NCBI GenBank assembly: GCA_964357605.1 | Contig: CAYHLX010000002.1 | Location: forward strand, 569-64,568 | DNA: 64,000 bases | Direction of reading: 5' to 3' | Origin: an uncultured Candidatus Saccharibacteria bacterium | GTDB lineage: Bacteria; Patescibacteriota; Minisyncoccia; Phycocordibacterales; PALSA-1337 | Part shown: positions 50,605-60,348 of the stretch, one piece after another | Position numbering within the stretch: the first letter of the stretch is position 1 | Layout: every line of letters starts with the position of its first letter | Translations under genes and position numbers: made by a program | The notes under the pieces: model-generated | The model's database searches: none | Seen by the model: the letters and a program-made list of their open reading frames with translations, nothing else | Told to the model about the DNA's origin: nothing

Positions 50605-52263
50605 CTACTCTACCTTGAGAACATCTTTAAGTACATCCTCTGAAACTTCTTTTGAATGACTGTTTTGAGCTGATCTTAATTCTGGTTTTTTCTCTTCTTT
50701 TGGTTTAGGTATTGATCCTAGAACTGAAGCGAGGGCATTTCGTAATTCACTAACTCTTTCTGGACTAGCATCTTTTTGAGAAATTTTCTGTCCCGGCGAA
50801 GATACAGATTTAGGTTTTGGGGCCAAAGAAGAAAGAGGAACAGGGTGAGGTGTCTCAATTTTTTTTGGTGGAACGATTGGAGGAGGAGATGCAATGACGA
50901 TCTTTGGAGATACTGGTATGGGTGCAGGTGTAGGTATCGTAGGTGCAGAAGAAGCTTTTGGTCTAGGAGGCGGAGCAATAGGAACATGCCAATCAGCGAT
51001 AACCTTTTCTACTTCTGAACGTGTACCAGAAAACTGTTTTCGTGATGTCTCTATCACTTCTTTAGCATTTGAAACTTCTGGTTGAGGAATTGGTGGCAAA
51101 GTAGTAGCTGAAAAAGGTTGGGAACTAATGCCATCTATCATCAATTTCAAATATATTTGAGTAAAACCCAGATTGACAATATCTTCGGCGGTAAACTGCG
51201 GTGCAAATTCTTTTTCCAGAATTTCAGCATCATAAGCTCCAACTCGAAAAATAATCATAGTTCCCACGTTACCAAAAACCGCGGCTCTCACTTCCTCTTC
51301 CATCTGTTCTATATACTGATGGGCCAAAGTCAGATTTAATTTATATTTTCTCGCCTCCGAAAGAATATCGGCAAAAGATTCATTGGCAAAAGACTGAAAT
51401 TCATCTACAAAAAGATAGAAATTCGGCATTCCTTTTAGTACTCTATCTGGCACATCGGCTCGAGAAAGGGCTGCTAAATATATTTTGGTAATGAGCATAC
51501 CTCCGAGCAGATTGGCATTTGTTTCGCCGATCCTACCTTTTGAGAGGTTAATAATCATAATCTTCCTTTCATCCATAATCTGACGAATGTTGAAAGAAGA
51601 TTTTGACTGACCGATCATGTTTCGGATCAAAGCATTGGCTGTAAACTGCCCTATTTTGTTTTGGATAGCTGGCACCGCTTCAGCGGCCATTCTCTCTGTG
51701 TAGTTGGCAAATTCTTCCACCCAAAACGATCGTACCGAAGGATCTGTCACATGAGTAATGACTTTTTTCCTAAATTCTTTATCCGAAAGCATTCTGTTTA
51801 CACCCAGAAGCGTCGCATCTGGATATTCCAGAAGTGCCAAAAGAGTGTTGGTCAGAATGTATTCCATTCTGGCTGACCAGGCATCTTGCCAGATTTTTTT
51901 AAAGGTACTCATGAGTCCCGAAACCACTAGATGTCTCCGATCTGGCGCAACATTTTCTAGGACATTAAAGGAAATCGGATAATCGGTATCAAAGGGAGCA
52001 AAATAGACGACATCTTTGATACGTTCTGGTGGAACGTATTCTAGTAATAGATCCGCTGTTTTGCCGTGAGGATCGATAAAAGCCATTCCCTCCCCATTTT
52101 TGATATCCTGAACGGCCATATTTTCCAGTAAGGTGGACTTTCCCATACCAGTTTTTCCAATAACATAGACATGTCGAGTACGGTCTTTGGCCTTGATTCC
52201 AAATTTTACTTTTTTATTCCTAGCATCGGTCTGGCCAAAGTACGTTACTCTTTCTTCATTCAT
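50605..52263 (-). CDS. VirD4/TraD-like (type IV coupling protein/DUF87) P-loop ATPase with Pro-rich tail
   Basis: HVYVIGKTGMGKS, IDPHG, LFVDEFQ, SEARKY, AHQY. Confidence 0.92.
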   Translation of the reverse strand: MNEERVTYFGQTDARNKKVKFGIKAKDRTRHVYVIGKTGMGKSTLLENMAVQDIKNGEGMAFIDPHGKTADLLLEYVPPERIKDVVYFAPFDTDYPISFNVLENVAPDRRHLVVSGLMSTFKKIWQDAWSARMEYILTNTLLALLEYPDATLLGVNRMLSDKEFRKKVITHVTDPSVRSFWVEEFANYTERMAAEAVPAIQNKIGQFTANALIRNMIGQSKSSFNIRQIMDERKIMIINLSKGRIGETNANLLGGMLITKIYLAALSRADVPDRVLKGMPNFYLFVDEFQSFANESFADILSEARKYKLNLTLAHQYIEQMEEEVRAAVFGNVGTMIIFRVGAYDAEILEKEFAPQFTAEDIVNLGFTQIYLKLMIDGISSQPFSATTLPPIPQPEVSNAKEVIETSRKQFSGTRSEVEKVIADWHVPIAPPPRPKASSAPTIPTPAPIPVSPKIVIASPPPIVPPKKIETPHPVPLSSLAPKPKSVSSPGQKISQKDASPERVSELRNALASVLGSIPKPKEEKKPELRSAQNSHSKEVSEDVLKDVLKVE

Positions 52264-52319
52264 AAAAAATATGAGTTTTATTTATATCTATTTTAACATA
52301 AAAATCCTAAATATACCCA

Positions 52320-52367
52320 AAAAACTGAAACCCCAGGGAGCGTGTGTATATTTACACTCCCTGGGGT
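52320..52367 (-). terminator. Intrinsic terminator
   Basis: ACCCCAGGGAG...CTCCCTGGGGT stem followed on the minus strand by TTCAGTTTTT. Confidence 0.85.
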
Positions 52368-52403
52368 CAAATAATGGACAAACACGAAACCAAGAAAACC
52401 AGT

Positions 52404-52610
52404 TCAAACTGTCCTGGTGGACATCACAGTAAAGTGATGCCGAAGCTGATCGCCCAATGTGGCCGGCCACCGGTGAAGCACATTAAGCAGAACCACACTG
52501 CGCCGATTCTCAGGAACTTTCCTGTTGATTTGAGTGACCACGTCCTTGGGGCTCATGCCCACCAGTTCAGGAACGAGGTCGAGGTCTGTACCTACCATGT
52601 TCTTTGCCAT
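52404..52610 (-). CDS. Small orphan protein (68 aa)
   Basis: MAKNMVGTDLDLVPEL...; bracketed by a minus-strand leader hairpin and terminator. Confidence 0.55.
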   Translation of the reverse strand: MAKNMVGTDLDLVPELVGMSPKDVVTQINRKVPENRRSVVLLNVLHRWPATLGDQLRHHFTVMSTRTV

Positions 52611-52736
52611 AACCGTAGTTTTTTCCCGTTTGTTTGTTGATAGGATAGGCTTTTTAGTGTTCTTGCCGAGAACACCACCCGTCCTATGACAGAGAGGAAC
52701 CGCCAAGATCAAATACTACTCTTTTCTTTCTAAAAA

Positions 52737-53915
52737 TCAATAGCCCTGTTGATAAGTCGTCGAAGCAACTTCATAAGCCTCTTTGGTATAAACATTCGAA
52801 GCATTCCACATCATCCAACTATTTAGACCAACATCATAGGTAGCCTGGATCTGATCACGCACCATTTGAGGGGTATAGACCACACCACCAATACTAAAGT
52901 CCTGTAACCAAGGACGAAGTTTGGCTGAGGTAGTACTGGCAAGTACAGCCCTGTCTACCGCTTTTGACATCGCATAATTAATAATTTCATAAGGCTTTTC
53001 AGCTGGCTTCTTAATACCATTAAAATTAGGGGGATAATGAGATGGATAAACCATCGGAGCTACATAGTCAAAATGCATTAGGGCGTGCTCAATGATCTGA
53101 CCAATACCAAGATCATCATTATTAGAAGTAGTCATTCCAAAAAGATCAGCTGAAATAGGAATCTTTTTTTCTTCAAAGACGCCGTCAAGGTGAGCAAAAA
53201 ACTCTTTCATAACCTGTGATTTAATCTTTCCCTCACTATATGGGTAGGCAATATCAAGCATGTTCCCATCAGAAGGAAAACGAATATAATCAAAATTCAA
53301 TTCATCAAAACCTTTAGCATAAGACTCCTCACCAATCGCCACAGTATAGTCCCAAACAGCCGTCGCTCCGGCATCCAGCCAACTTACCCCTTTATGATCC
53401 TTCCAGACTTGTCCAGCCTTATTTTTGACCGCATATTCAGGATGAGTTTTTACCAAAGAAGAATCTTGGAAAACGGAAATTCTCCCTATGACATAGATTC
53501 CTTTTTCATGAAGTTTACCGATAAACTCTTTGACGTCAGGAATACGATTTTCGACAGAACCAAACTTTTTTAATTCCGGATCATCTACCGTAAAACTGAT
53601 TTTGCCTGTGTAGTCCTTTATATCTATGACCACTGCATTGAGTTCAGTTTCATCTATTAACTTTACGAGATTGTCGCGAAGTTTAATATTCCCAGCCACC
53701 CAACTAGACATATATAAAGCTTTGACAGATTCTGGAGTACTCACATGAGTAACCCTAAAAGGAGCCGGGAGAAAAATCGTCGCGATCACTTCAACTGGAT
53801 TGACATAAACATCATAGTTAAGAGATTTACCAAAGCCAAAAAGAAAGATGGCTACAATCACAATTACTCCCAAAACCAATCCCAAACCTTTAGCCAACTT
53901 CTTTCGAGCCATCAC
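52737..53915 (-). CDS. Putative glycoside hydrolase (DUF4015), membrane anchored
   Basis: NAVVIDIKD, GFDELNFDYIRFP, PMVYPSHY, LRPWLQDF. Confidence 0.9.
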   Translation of the reverse strand: MMARKKLAKGLGLVLGVIVIVAIFLFGFGKSLNYDVYVNPVEVIATIFLPAPFRVTHVSTPESVKALYMSSWVAGNIKLRDNLVKLIDETELNAVVIDIKDYTGKISFTVDDPELKKFGSVENRIPDVKEFIGKLHEKGIYVIGRISVFQDSSLVKTHPEYAVKNKAGQVWKDHKGVSWLDAGATAVWDYTVAIGEESYAKGFDELNFDYIRFPSDGNMLDIAYPYSEGKIKSQVMKEFFAHLDGVFEEKKIPISADLFGMTTSNNDDLGIGQIIEHALMHFDYVAPMVYPSHYPPNFNGIKKPAEKPYEIINYAMSKAVDRAVLASTTSAKLRPWLQDFSIGGVVYTPQMVRDQIQATYDVGLNSWMMWNASNVYTKEAYEVASTTYQQGY

Positions 53916-53916
53916 T

Positions 53917-54120
53917 TTATGATTCTTTATTATCTACAAAAGGTTGGTCTTCTTTTATTGTTTCTATTTTACCCTTGGATGAATCGAGTCTATAGGCAAT
54001 AACAATAATAATTACTCCAGAAATCACGGCTAAAATCTTATGCCAAAAAGAAGGAAGTCCCAGAAAAAGAAATGCCATAACCCAGATACCGATAATTGAA
54101 AGAAGTTGTCTTTTTGACAT
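53917..54120 (-). CDS. Small two-TM membrane protein
   Basis: Two hydrophobic helices; ends 1 nt before the DUF4015 start. Confidence 0.75.
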   Translation of the reverse strand: MSKRQLLSIIGIWVMAFLFLGLPSFWHKILAVISGVIIIVIAYRLDSSKGKIETIKEDQPFVDNKES

Positions 54121-54204
54121 AAAAAATATTATTTATAGATGATTGAGACTATTATACACTGACATGGTAAAATAGTGCTAGGAAAACAGCATTAAGGAAA
54201 AGCA

Positions 54205-54639
54205 ATGAACACGAAGCTAAGTAGTTTGACTGAGAAAGACCTTCTTCAGTTTTTAGAAGCGGAGGCAGGTGCATCAATTTTTAAAGATAGCACCGGAAAA
54301 AACTTCATCGGAAGCATTGCAAGAATAGATCATTTGGTGAACAGTGAGAGTGTCGTCACAGAGATTAAGATCACCTTCAGGTGGATTCTTGAGGTGACAG
54401 TAATGATCATTCCTGTAAAAAATGGGATCAGGAAGAAAAAATGTAAACGCACCTTTGTTTCTCCTCGTGTAAAAACCAGGAGAGATAAGATGGTTGTACT
54501 GGTCCATGGCCAAACGATGGTGGACAAACTAACCCTATCCACCAGACACATTCATCGACTACTTATTGAAAGAGTCAGAGCGCGACACGAAAGGAGATTA
54601 CGCGCCCTGAAAAAAACAACCACAACCGCCAAGACCTGA
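54205..54639 (+). CDS. Basic orphan protein
   Basis: TGgTAAAAT -10, AAGGA SD, own terminator. Confidence 0.65.
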   Translation: MNTKLSSLTEKDLLQFLEAEAGASIFKDSTGKNFIGSIARIDHLVNSESVVTEIKITFRWILEVTVMIIPVKNGIRKKKCKRTFVSPRVKTRRDKMVVLVHGQTMVDKLTLSTRHIHRLLIERVRARHERRLRALKKTTTTAKT

Positions 54640-54659
54640 GGTATGGCGGTTTGTTTTTT
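54624..54659 (+). terminator. Intrinsic terminator
   Basis: AACCGCCA...TGGCGGTT-TGTTTTTT. Confidence 0.8.
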
Positions 54660-54666
54660 ATAAAAA

Positions 54667-55347
54667 TTATTTAGACACAATCACCACAAACTCCCCTTTT
54701 TGCTTTTCTGGGGTCTCAGTCATTGTTTTTAGAACTTCTTCTGCCGTTCCCTGTATAACTTCTTCAAAAATTTTAGTAATTTCTCTCACTATTGTGACTT
54801 TTTTAGTAGTGCTAGAAAGATGTTCCGAAAGAGACTCTAGAGTTTTGATAATTCGATGAGTAGATTCATAGAAAACCATAGTTCTTTCTGAAACAGTAAT
54901 TTCTCTAAACAACGTCTCCCTTCCTTTCTTATGAGGCATAAATCCCAAGAAAATGAATTCATTCGTCGGCACACCAGCCACCGAAAGAGCAGCGGTCAGA
55001 GCTGATGGTCCGGGAATCGCTTCTATTTTTAGATCGGGATAAGTCTCTCTAATTCTAGAGATGAGGAGAGAGCCTGGATCAGATATCCCCGGTGTTCCAG
55101 CATCAGTTACAAGGGCGATATTTTTACCCTTTTCTATTTGCTCTAGGATAAGTTCGACTTTGGCTTCTCCACTTTGAGCATGGTAACTCAAGGTCGGAGT
55201 GGAAATGGCCTGTTTTTCAAAAAGTCTCTTGGTCACTCGAGTATCTTCACATAAGACTAGGTCCACCTCTTTGAGCAGACGAATAGCCCGAAGAGTGAGG
55301 TCTTCTAAGTTACCGATCGGAGTGGCAATAACATAAAATACGGCCAT
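54667..55347 (-). CDS. rsmI: 16S rRNA C1402 2'-O-methyltransferase
   Basis: ATPIGNLED, CEDTR, DAGTPGISDPG, FYES.HR, REITK. Confidence 0.97.
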   Translation of the reverse strand: MAVFYVIATPIGNLEDLTLRAIRLLKEVDLVLCEDTRVTKRLFEKQAISTPTLSYHAQSGEAKVELILEQIEKGKNIALVTDAGTPGISDPGSLLISRIRETYPDLKIEAIPGPSALTAALSVAGVPTNEFIFLGFMPHKKGRETLFREITVSERTMVFYESTHRIIKTLESLSEHLSSTTKKVTIVREITKIFEEVIQGTAEEVLKTMTETPEKQKGEFVVIVSK

Positions 55348-55369
55348 ATGATATATTGATTACACTATC

Positions 55370-56503
55370 ATGAAAAAGGGAGAAAACCCAACAATCTACG
55401 TCACTCGCGACCGAGAGAGAGCTTCTAGTATGCCCGAAAATGAGGCTTATTCCATTGTCTCTGGAGATAGCCTAAAAGATACTTTTGAGCTACTTTCTGA
55501 CCCAGAAGTGCAGGAAGAAATAAAAGAAAAGAAAGCCTCTGTCCTCGTATTTAAAAATAATCCACAAATAGAGAAGTATGCCAAAGAAAATGGAATCAAC
55601 CTCCTCAATCCCAGTGCGGCTCTGGCGGAAAAAATAGAGAACAAAATTACCCAAGTAGAGTGGTTGAGTAATTTAGTGGAACTTCTTCCATCTCATAAAA
55701 TAGATCTCGTAAAAAATATTAGCTGGGAAAAGAAGCCTTTTATCGTTCAGTGGTCTCATAGCCATACAGGCGACGGTACTCTCCTTATTCAAAAAGAAAA
55801 AGATTTGGAGGAAATTAAAAATAAGTTTCCCGAAAGAGATGCTCGCGTAACTGAATTCATCAAAGGACCAATGTTTACAGTAAACTCAGTGGTCTGTTCT
55901 GATAAAATTCTAGTGGGTAATATAAGCTATCAAATAACCGGCAATCTACCCTTTACAGAAAACCCTTTCAGTACGATTGGTAATGACTGGGGTCTAACCT
56001 ACAGCATCCTCACTGAAAGCCAGGTGCAGGAAATCACTAAAATGGCTCTCGTCATCGGAGAAAAGTTAAAAAAAGACGGCTGGAAAGGTCTTTTTGGTCT
56101 AGACGTGATTTATGATGAGGAAAGAGACAAATTATTTTTAATTGAAATAAACGCTCGCCAACCAGCCTCCACCACTTATGAATCAGAACTTCAAACTATT
56201 TTGAGAAGCGATGGTGTCCCAGGGATCACCACTTTTGAGGCTCACTTGGCTGCCCTCAAAGACGAACCTGTGACTGGTTCGTTAGTAGAAATCAATGATG
56301 GAGCGCAGATTATCCAGAGGGTCACAAATACAACAAAAAAACTTGATACTTCAAAACTAAAGCAAGCTGGGTACAAAGTAATTGAATATCCCAATACTAA
56401 ATTAAATTCTGATCTAGTTCGTATTCAAAGTCTACAAGGAATTATGGAGACTCACAATAAGTTTAATAAGAGAGGAAAAGAGATTGTGGAACTATTAGGA
56501 TAA
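55370..56503 (+). CDS. ATP-grasp protein
   Basis: ENK, SHTGDGT, TEFIKG, GNDW, GLFGLD, LIEINAR. Confidence 0.88.
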   Translation: MKKGENPTIYVTRDRERASSMPENEAYSIVSGDSLKDTFELLSDPEVQEEIKEKKASVLVFKNNPQIEKYAKENGINLLNPSAALAEKIENKITQVEWLSNLVELLPSHKIDLVKNISWEKKPFIVQWSHSHTGDGTLLIQKEKDLEEIKNKFPERDARVTEFIKGPMFTVNSVVCSDKILVGNISYQITGNLPFTENPFSTIGNDWGLTYSILTESQVQEITKMALVIGEKLKKDGWKGLFGLDVIYDEERDKLFLIEINARQPASTTYESELQTILRSDGVPGITTFEAHLAALKDEPVTGSLVEINDGAQIIQRVTNTTKKLDTSKLKQAGYKVIEYPNTKLNSDLVRIQSLQGIMETHNKFNKRGKEIVELLG

Positions 56504-56546
56504 AAAAGAATTAGGCGTCCGAGAAGATTGCTCTTCAAGGACGCCC
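56502..56546 (-). terminator. Terminator of the putative ncRNA (may also stop the convergent ATP-grasp transcript)
   Basis: GGGCGTCC-tt-GAAGA-GCAA-TCTTC-tc-GGACGCCT-AATTCTTTTTT. Confidence 0.8.
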
Positions 56547-57131
56547 GTTTGATCTCAATCGCCTGCTTTGCGATCGTTTTCTACTGATTGGGGAGACTCA
56601 CAGCAGAGTGGTTCCCCGCGGCGTACCAGTAGCTGAAAGGTCTCCGGTGATTAATGGACCTTCAGAAAAAACCTCTCTGGCCATTTGACGGCGCGGACGA
56701 AGAGGAAAAGGAGATGGAATTATCTTAACCATGCACCTTTATTTGACACGCGCAGCAATCGCGCTGTGGGGTGGGCAAGGTCAACCAATGACCCGGGGCC
56801 ACCGCCGTGCGATCCTGCGCAAACTCCCGAAACTTCGCAACCACTTGGGGCGAATGTGGGAGGGATCCGTAGCATTACCATTCTTAGCCCAACCTTTGTC
56901 AAAGGTCAAACGTCTTGGTATGGCACTTTTCTTGTGATGAACAACCCCTCAATCTTCATAACTTTTACTCTTTCACCAGCTTGCGCTAGTTTAGAGATAT
57001 TCAAGCCTGAGGTCGGCCGTAGGATCATAGACCCTCTGTTATGCTCTCAGACCAATAGTAAGTGAGATTTTGACATATTCCACTTTTCTTGTACCAGCGT
57101 GTCTAAGAGGTTAATGAACAACTTGCTGATA
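56502..57131 (-). ncRNA. Putative ~630-nt structured non-coding RNA, family not recognised
   Basis: Promoter, boxA-like leader, serial stems with G-U pairs and GCAA tetraloops, terminator; no credible sense ORF. Confidence 0.6.
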
Positions 57132-57137
57132 GTCGAT

Positions 57138-57165
57138 ATCCTAGCATATCTACAGAATTTGTCAA
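57138..57165 (-). promoter_or_regulatory. Sigma70 promoter of the putative ncRNA
   Basis: TTGACA (57165-57160), 16 nt, TAGGAT (57143-57138) with extended TG. Confidence 0.7.
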
Positions 57166-57238
57166 GTAACTGATGTAAAATAATAAAAATAGCCCTTTAT
57201 TGAGCCATATTTAAAAATATGTTATCTTTAAATCATTA

Positions 57239-58003
57239 ATGAATACCAAACTCCTCTCTGAAAAATCCTTGAGTGTGATAGATCAGTATCTCAACTTCAA
57301 CTTGGGTAGCGCCACTTGCCCTATTCCCTATTACAACAACAAAAAAACCGGTCTAAGAGGTAGTTTAAGAGTAATGGTAGGCAAAGGTAGCCCAAAAGAA
57401 ATCTTTGAAGAAGTTCGAGATTTTACCACCCTTGAAAAAATAGACACGAAAAACCTTGATTCAATGAGTCTGAAAAGAATCTTGGTAGAAAAAAATATTG
57501 GTATAGATTGTTCTGGACTGGCCTATTATGTTTTAAATGCTGAGAGTGAAAATCGTGACAAAGGGACGATCGACAAACATCTTTCTTTTGTAAATGCTCA
57601 CGGATTATTTTCAAAAATTAGAGCGAAAATAAACCCAGAAAAAAGTACGGATGTCGATACTCTAGCAGATAATAAAAACAGCCGAATCATCGAAACAAAA
57701 AAAATCGAACCAGGAGATATGATCACTATGACTAATGATCAGATCAATCATGTCCTCATCATCCACCAGATTGAATACCAAAACTTCATACCAGTCATCC
57801 TTCACTACACACATGCCATGGCTTGGCCAACAGATGGAGAATACGGACATGGTGTTAAACAAGGTACCATCGAAATTATTGAAATCAACAAACCACTAGT
57901 AGAACAAAGATGGATTGAGGCGGGAAAAACAGGAAACGATAACTATACTTTGTCTAGAGCCCAGAAATCCACAACCGAGATCCGACGCTTGAATTGGCTT
58001 TAA
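57239..58003 (+). CDS. NlpC/P60-like (papain-fold) amidase or acyltransferase
   Basis: GIDCSGLAYYVL, PGD, NHVLII, HA; no signal peptide. Confidence 0.7.
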   Translation: MNTKLLSEKSLSVIDQYLNFNLGSATCPIPYYNNKKTGLRGSLRVMVGKGSPKEIFEEVRDFTTLEKIDTKNLDSMSLKRILVEKNIGIDCSGLAYYVLNAESENRDKGTIDKHLSFVNAHGLFSKIRAKINPEKSTDVDTLADNKNSRIIETKKIEPGDMITMTNDQINHVLIIHQIEYQNFIPVILHYTHAMAWPTDGEYGHGVKQGTIEIIEINKPLVEQRWIEAGKTGNDNYTLSRAQKSTTEIRRLNWL

Positions 58004-58033
58004 TTTAGGCCGTTTACGTGCTAAAATAGCGCC

Positions 58034-59161
58034 ATGATAAGCATATTGGAAGGTACTGCTGATTTTGCCTATATCCTAGGTTTTGCCCTTTTTGCCTGCC
58101 TTGTCGCCTTTCTATGGGCCCCATTTCTCATACATATCTTACGCAAATTCAACATCGTCAAAAGCCCTAAAATAGAGCTAATTTCTATAGAGTCAAGAAA
58201 AGGTAAAGATTCAACGCCAATCATGGGCGGACTCCTAGTGATCATCACGGTTGCGGTCGTAAGCATTCTTTTTAACTGGTCTAGAAGTTTCACTTGGGTG
58301 CCGATTGGTGTGATGCTTCTTTCTGCCCTTCTGGGAGGTATAGACGATCTTCTAAATATTTTTGGGGCGGAAAGAAGATCGAGAAAACTTTCTCACATCT
58401 TGAAACTGATCAAAGTCCATCATGATTTGAAAATGAGAATTTGGTATGTGATCACTCTACCTTGGACAATCTTTAAAAGAACTTCGGTCTGGATCGGTTC
58501 ACGTCCAGGCAAAGGCATTCACGTTCACGAAAAATTACTTCTACAATTCGTCGCAGGAACTATCACGGCTTGGTGGGTTTATAGTAAACTTGGACCAGCT
58601 TGGCACAATATTTATTTACCTTTTGGATATGAAATTGCGGCAGGCTGGTTTATTATCCCTGTTATTATCTTCATTGTGATGTTTACTGCCAACGCCGTAA
58701 ACATTGCCGATGGTATGGATGGCCTGGCTGGAGGCATGCTCATTCCCACTTTTAGTGCCCTAACTATTTTGAGTTGGATTAATGGCTTTGGAGAAATCGC
58801 TGTCCTCAACGCCACCACCGTAGGAGCTCTTGTTGCTTATACTTATTTCAATATCAAACCCGCCCGTTTCATGATGGGAGATGTGGGCTCTCTTGGATTA
58901 GGTGCTCTCTTGGCTGTTAGTAGTCTGGCAATTGGTGAGATTGGATCTCTTTTTTTCTTGGGCTTCTTATTTTATATTGAAGCTTTGAGTGTTGTTATCC
59001 AGGTCATTGGTAAATACACTCTCGGGAAAAGAATTTTCCGGATGGCTCCACTTCACCACCACTTTGAACTTCGTGGTTGGAGTGAAGAAAAAACCATTAT
59101 GCGTTTCTGGATTGTGCACTTTATTTTTGTAGTTTTTGGTCTATGGTTAGCGCTTCATTAA
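58034..59161 (+). CDS. mraY: Phospho-MurNAc-pentapeptide transferase
   Basis: TPIMGG, GGIDD, NAVNIADGMDGLA, FMMGDVGS, MAPLHHHFE. Confidence 0.93.
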   Translation: MISILEGTADFAYILGFALFACLVAFLWAPFLIHILRKFNIVKSPKIELISIESRKGKDSTPIMGGLLVIITVAVVSILFNWSRSFTWVPIGVMLLSALLGGIDDLLNIFGAERRSRKLSHILKLIKVHHDLKMRIWYVITLPWTIFKRTSVWIGSRPGKGIHVHEKLLLQFVAGTITAWWVYSKLGPAWHNIYLPFGYEIAAGWFIIPVIIFIVMFTANAVNIADGMDGLAGGMLIPTFSALTILSWINGFGEIAVLNATTVGALVAYTYFNIKPARFMMGDVGSLGLGALLAVSSLAIGEIGSLFFLGFLFYIEALSVVIQVIGKYTLGKRIFRMAPLHHHFELRGWSEEKTIMRFWIVHFIFVVFGLWLALH

Positions 59162-59163
59162 AT

Positions 59164-59802
59164 ATGAAATACTTACACTGGAAAGAAGAGAAAATTAACG
59201 ATTTTTCGGATGATTTTATTACTAGTATGTACGAGAAGGGTTTTGTTTTTACCCGTCTTGACAAAGGAGTCATGCATCAAACCCGCAGTGTGAGGATTGA
59301 TTTAAAGAAGTTTGAATTAACTAGCGAGAATCGGAGAATCCTAAGAAAGGATGAGAATATTTCTATAGACCGCCTCCCTATTCCCTACCAAACTTATTCT
59401 TGGGAAATTGGTAAGCTGGCGAAAGATTTTTATGATATCAAAGCCCCTGATTCTTTTTCTGTAAATAAAATAAAAGAAATAATAACTACGCCACACAATT
59501 TCAACATCTTCTTGAAATTTTCCGATGTTGGGTATGCGATCTGCTACGAAAACAAATCCATGCTTCACTATTGTTATCCGTTTTATGATTTACAAAAAGC
59601 CTCAAAAGATATGGGACTGATCATGATGACGAAGGCAATTTTTGAGGCAAAATCTCGCGGACTTTCTTACGTCTATCTAGGATCGCTGCAGAGACCTGGT
59701 GATGTTTATAAACTCCAGTTTGAAGGGATAGAATGGTTTGATGGAAAGGAGTGGAGAAAAGATATAGAAAAAGTAGAGGTTTTATTGCGAGAACTGAATT
59801 AG
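59164..59802 (+). CDS. ATE1/Bpt-like aminoacyl-tRNA-dependent transferase (GNAT fold)
   Basis: RSVRIDL..F..TSENRRIL; YPFYD...MG.....I..A...GL.YVYLG...YK..F. Confidence 0.75.
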   Translation: MKYLHWKEEKINDFSDDFITSMYEKGFVFTRLDKGVMHQTRSVRIDLKKFELTSENRRILRKDENISIDRLPIPYQTYSWEIGKLAKDFYDIKAPDSFSVNKIKEIITTPHNFNIFLKFSDVGYAICYENKSMLHYCYPFYDLQKASKDMGLIMMTKAIFEAKSRGLSYVYLGSLQRPGDVYKLQFEGIEWFDGKEWRKDIEKVEVLLRELN

Positions 59803-60059
59803 GAATATAAATCGCTATGTGTTCCTATAGCATAAAAATAATAATCATTCTCTGATATTTTTTCGTAAATAGCTCTGACATCACTGGTAACATTAATACT
59901 TCTTGATCCGCCATATTCTCCATGCAATTTATGATTATTAAGTATGGGATCAAATTCATTATCTTGAAACAAAAGAATGCATGCATCAAGTTTATCTTGA
60001 ATTTTTTTGGGAAACCTTTTACAGCTCCTTTTAAAACTAGAAGAAAAAGCGAGATTCAT
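59799..60059 (-). CDS. RelE/YafQ-family mRNA interferase toxin
   Basis: FKRS, HKLHGEY, SINVTSDVRAIY, IGTHSDLY. Confidence 0.92.
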   Translation of the reverse strand: MNLAFSSSFKRSCKRFPKKIQDKLDACILLFQDNEFDPILNNHKLHGEYGGSRSINVTSDVRAIYEKISENDYYFYAIGTHSDLYS

Positions 60060-60072
60060 GATGATGTCTTTT

Positions 60073-60345
60073 CTATGATTTAAGATTCTTCAAGAACTCT
60101 TTTGCCCCTTTATAAAAAACCACTTTTCCTTCCTCAAGCTCTTTCTTAGACTCTTTCATGATCTTTATCAAATACGGCGAAGGATTATATGAAGCAGAAA
60201 AGCTAACTTCCCTATCTCTCACAAACTGTTTCAGAAAGGCATTGATAACGGTACTTAAAGGCACGCCAATCTCCTCGGCAACTATCTGGGCCGTTTTCTT
60301 TATGGTTTTATCTGTTTTAATAGTTAAAAGTGTTTTTGTATTCAT
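60073..60345 (-). CDS. RelB/DinJ-family antitoxin
   Basis: TIKTDKTIKKTAQIVAEEIGVPLSTVINAFLKQFV; immediately upstream of the toxin. Confidence 0.92.
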   Translation of the reverse strand: MNTKTLLTIKTDKTIKKTAQIVAEEIGVPLSTVINAFLKQFVRDREVSFSASYNPSPYLIKIMKESKKELEEGKVVFYKGAKEFLKNLKS

Positions 60346-60348
60346 ATA

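Noticed and set aside
50605-52263. Conjugative element
   Set aside because: Lone coupling-protein-like ATPase without relaxase, integrase or mating-pair genes; such genes are common on CPR chromosomes.
52344-52640. 98-aa + strand ORF
   Set aside because: Antisense to the 68-aa minus ORF, which matches the terminator orientation.
52661-52708. Leader hairpin (TCTTG...CAAGA) as a riboswitch
   Set aside because: No recognisable aptamer motif; kept only as part of the self-contained-unit observation.
56685-57065. ORFs 56685-57065(+), 56720-56902(-), 56731-56937(+)
   Set aside because: No motifs, weak starts and conflicting frames; promoter, terminator and G-U pattern favour a minus-strand RNA.
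56502-57131. RNase P RNA, tmRNA or group II intron identity
   Set aside because: No GAGGAAAGUCC (the + strand GAGGAAAAGG differs), no tRNA-like ends, no domain V motif.
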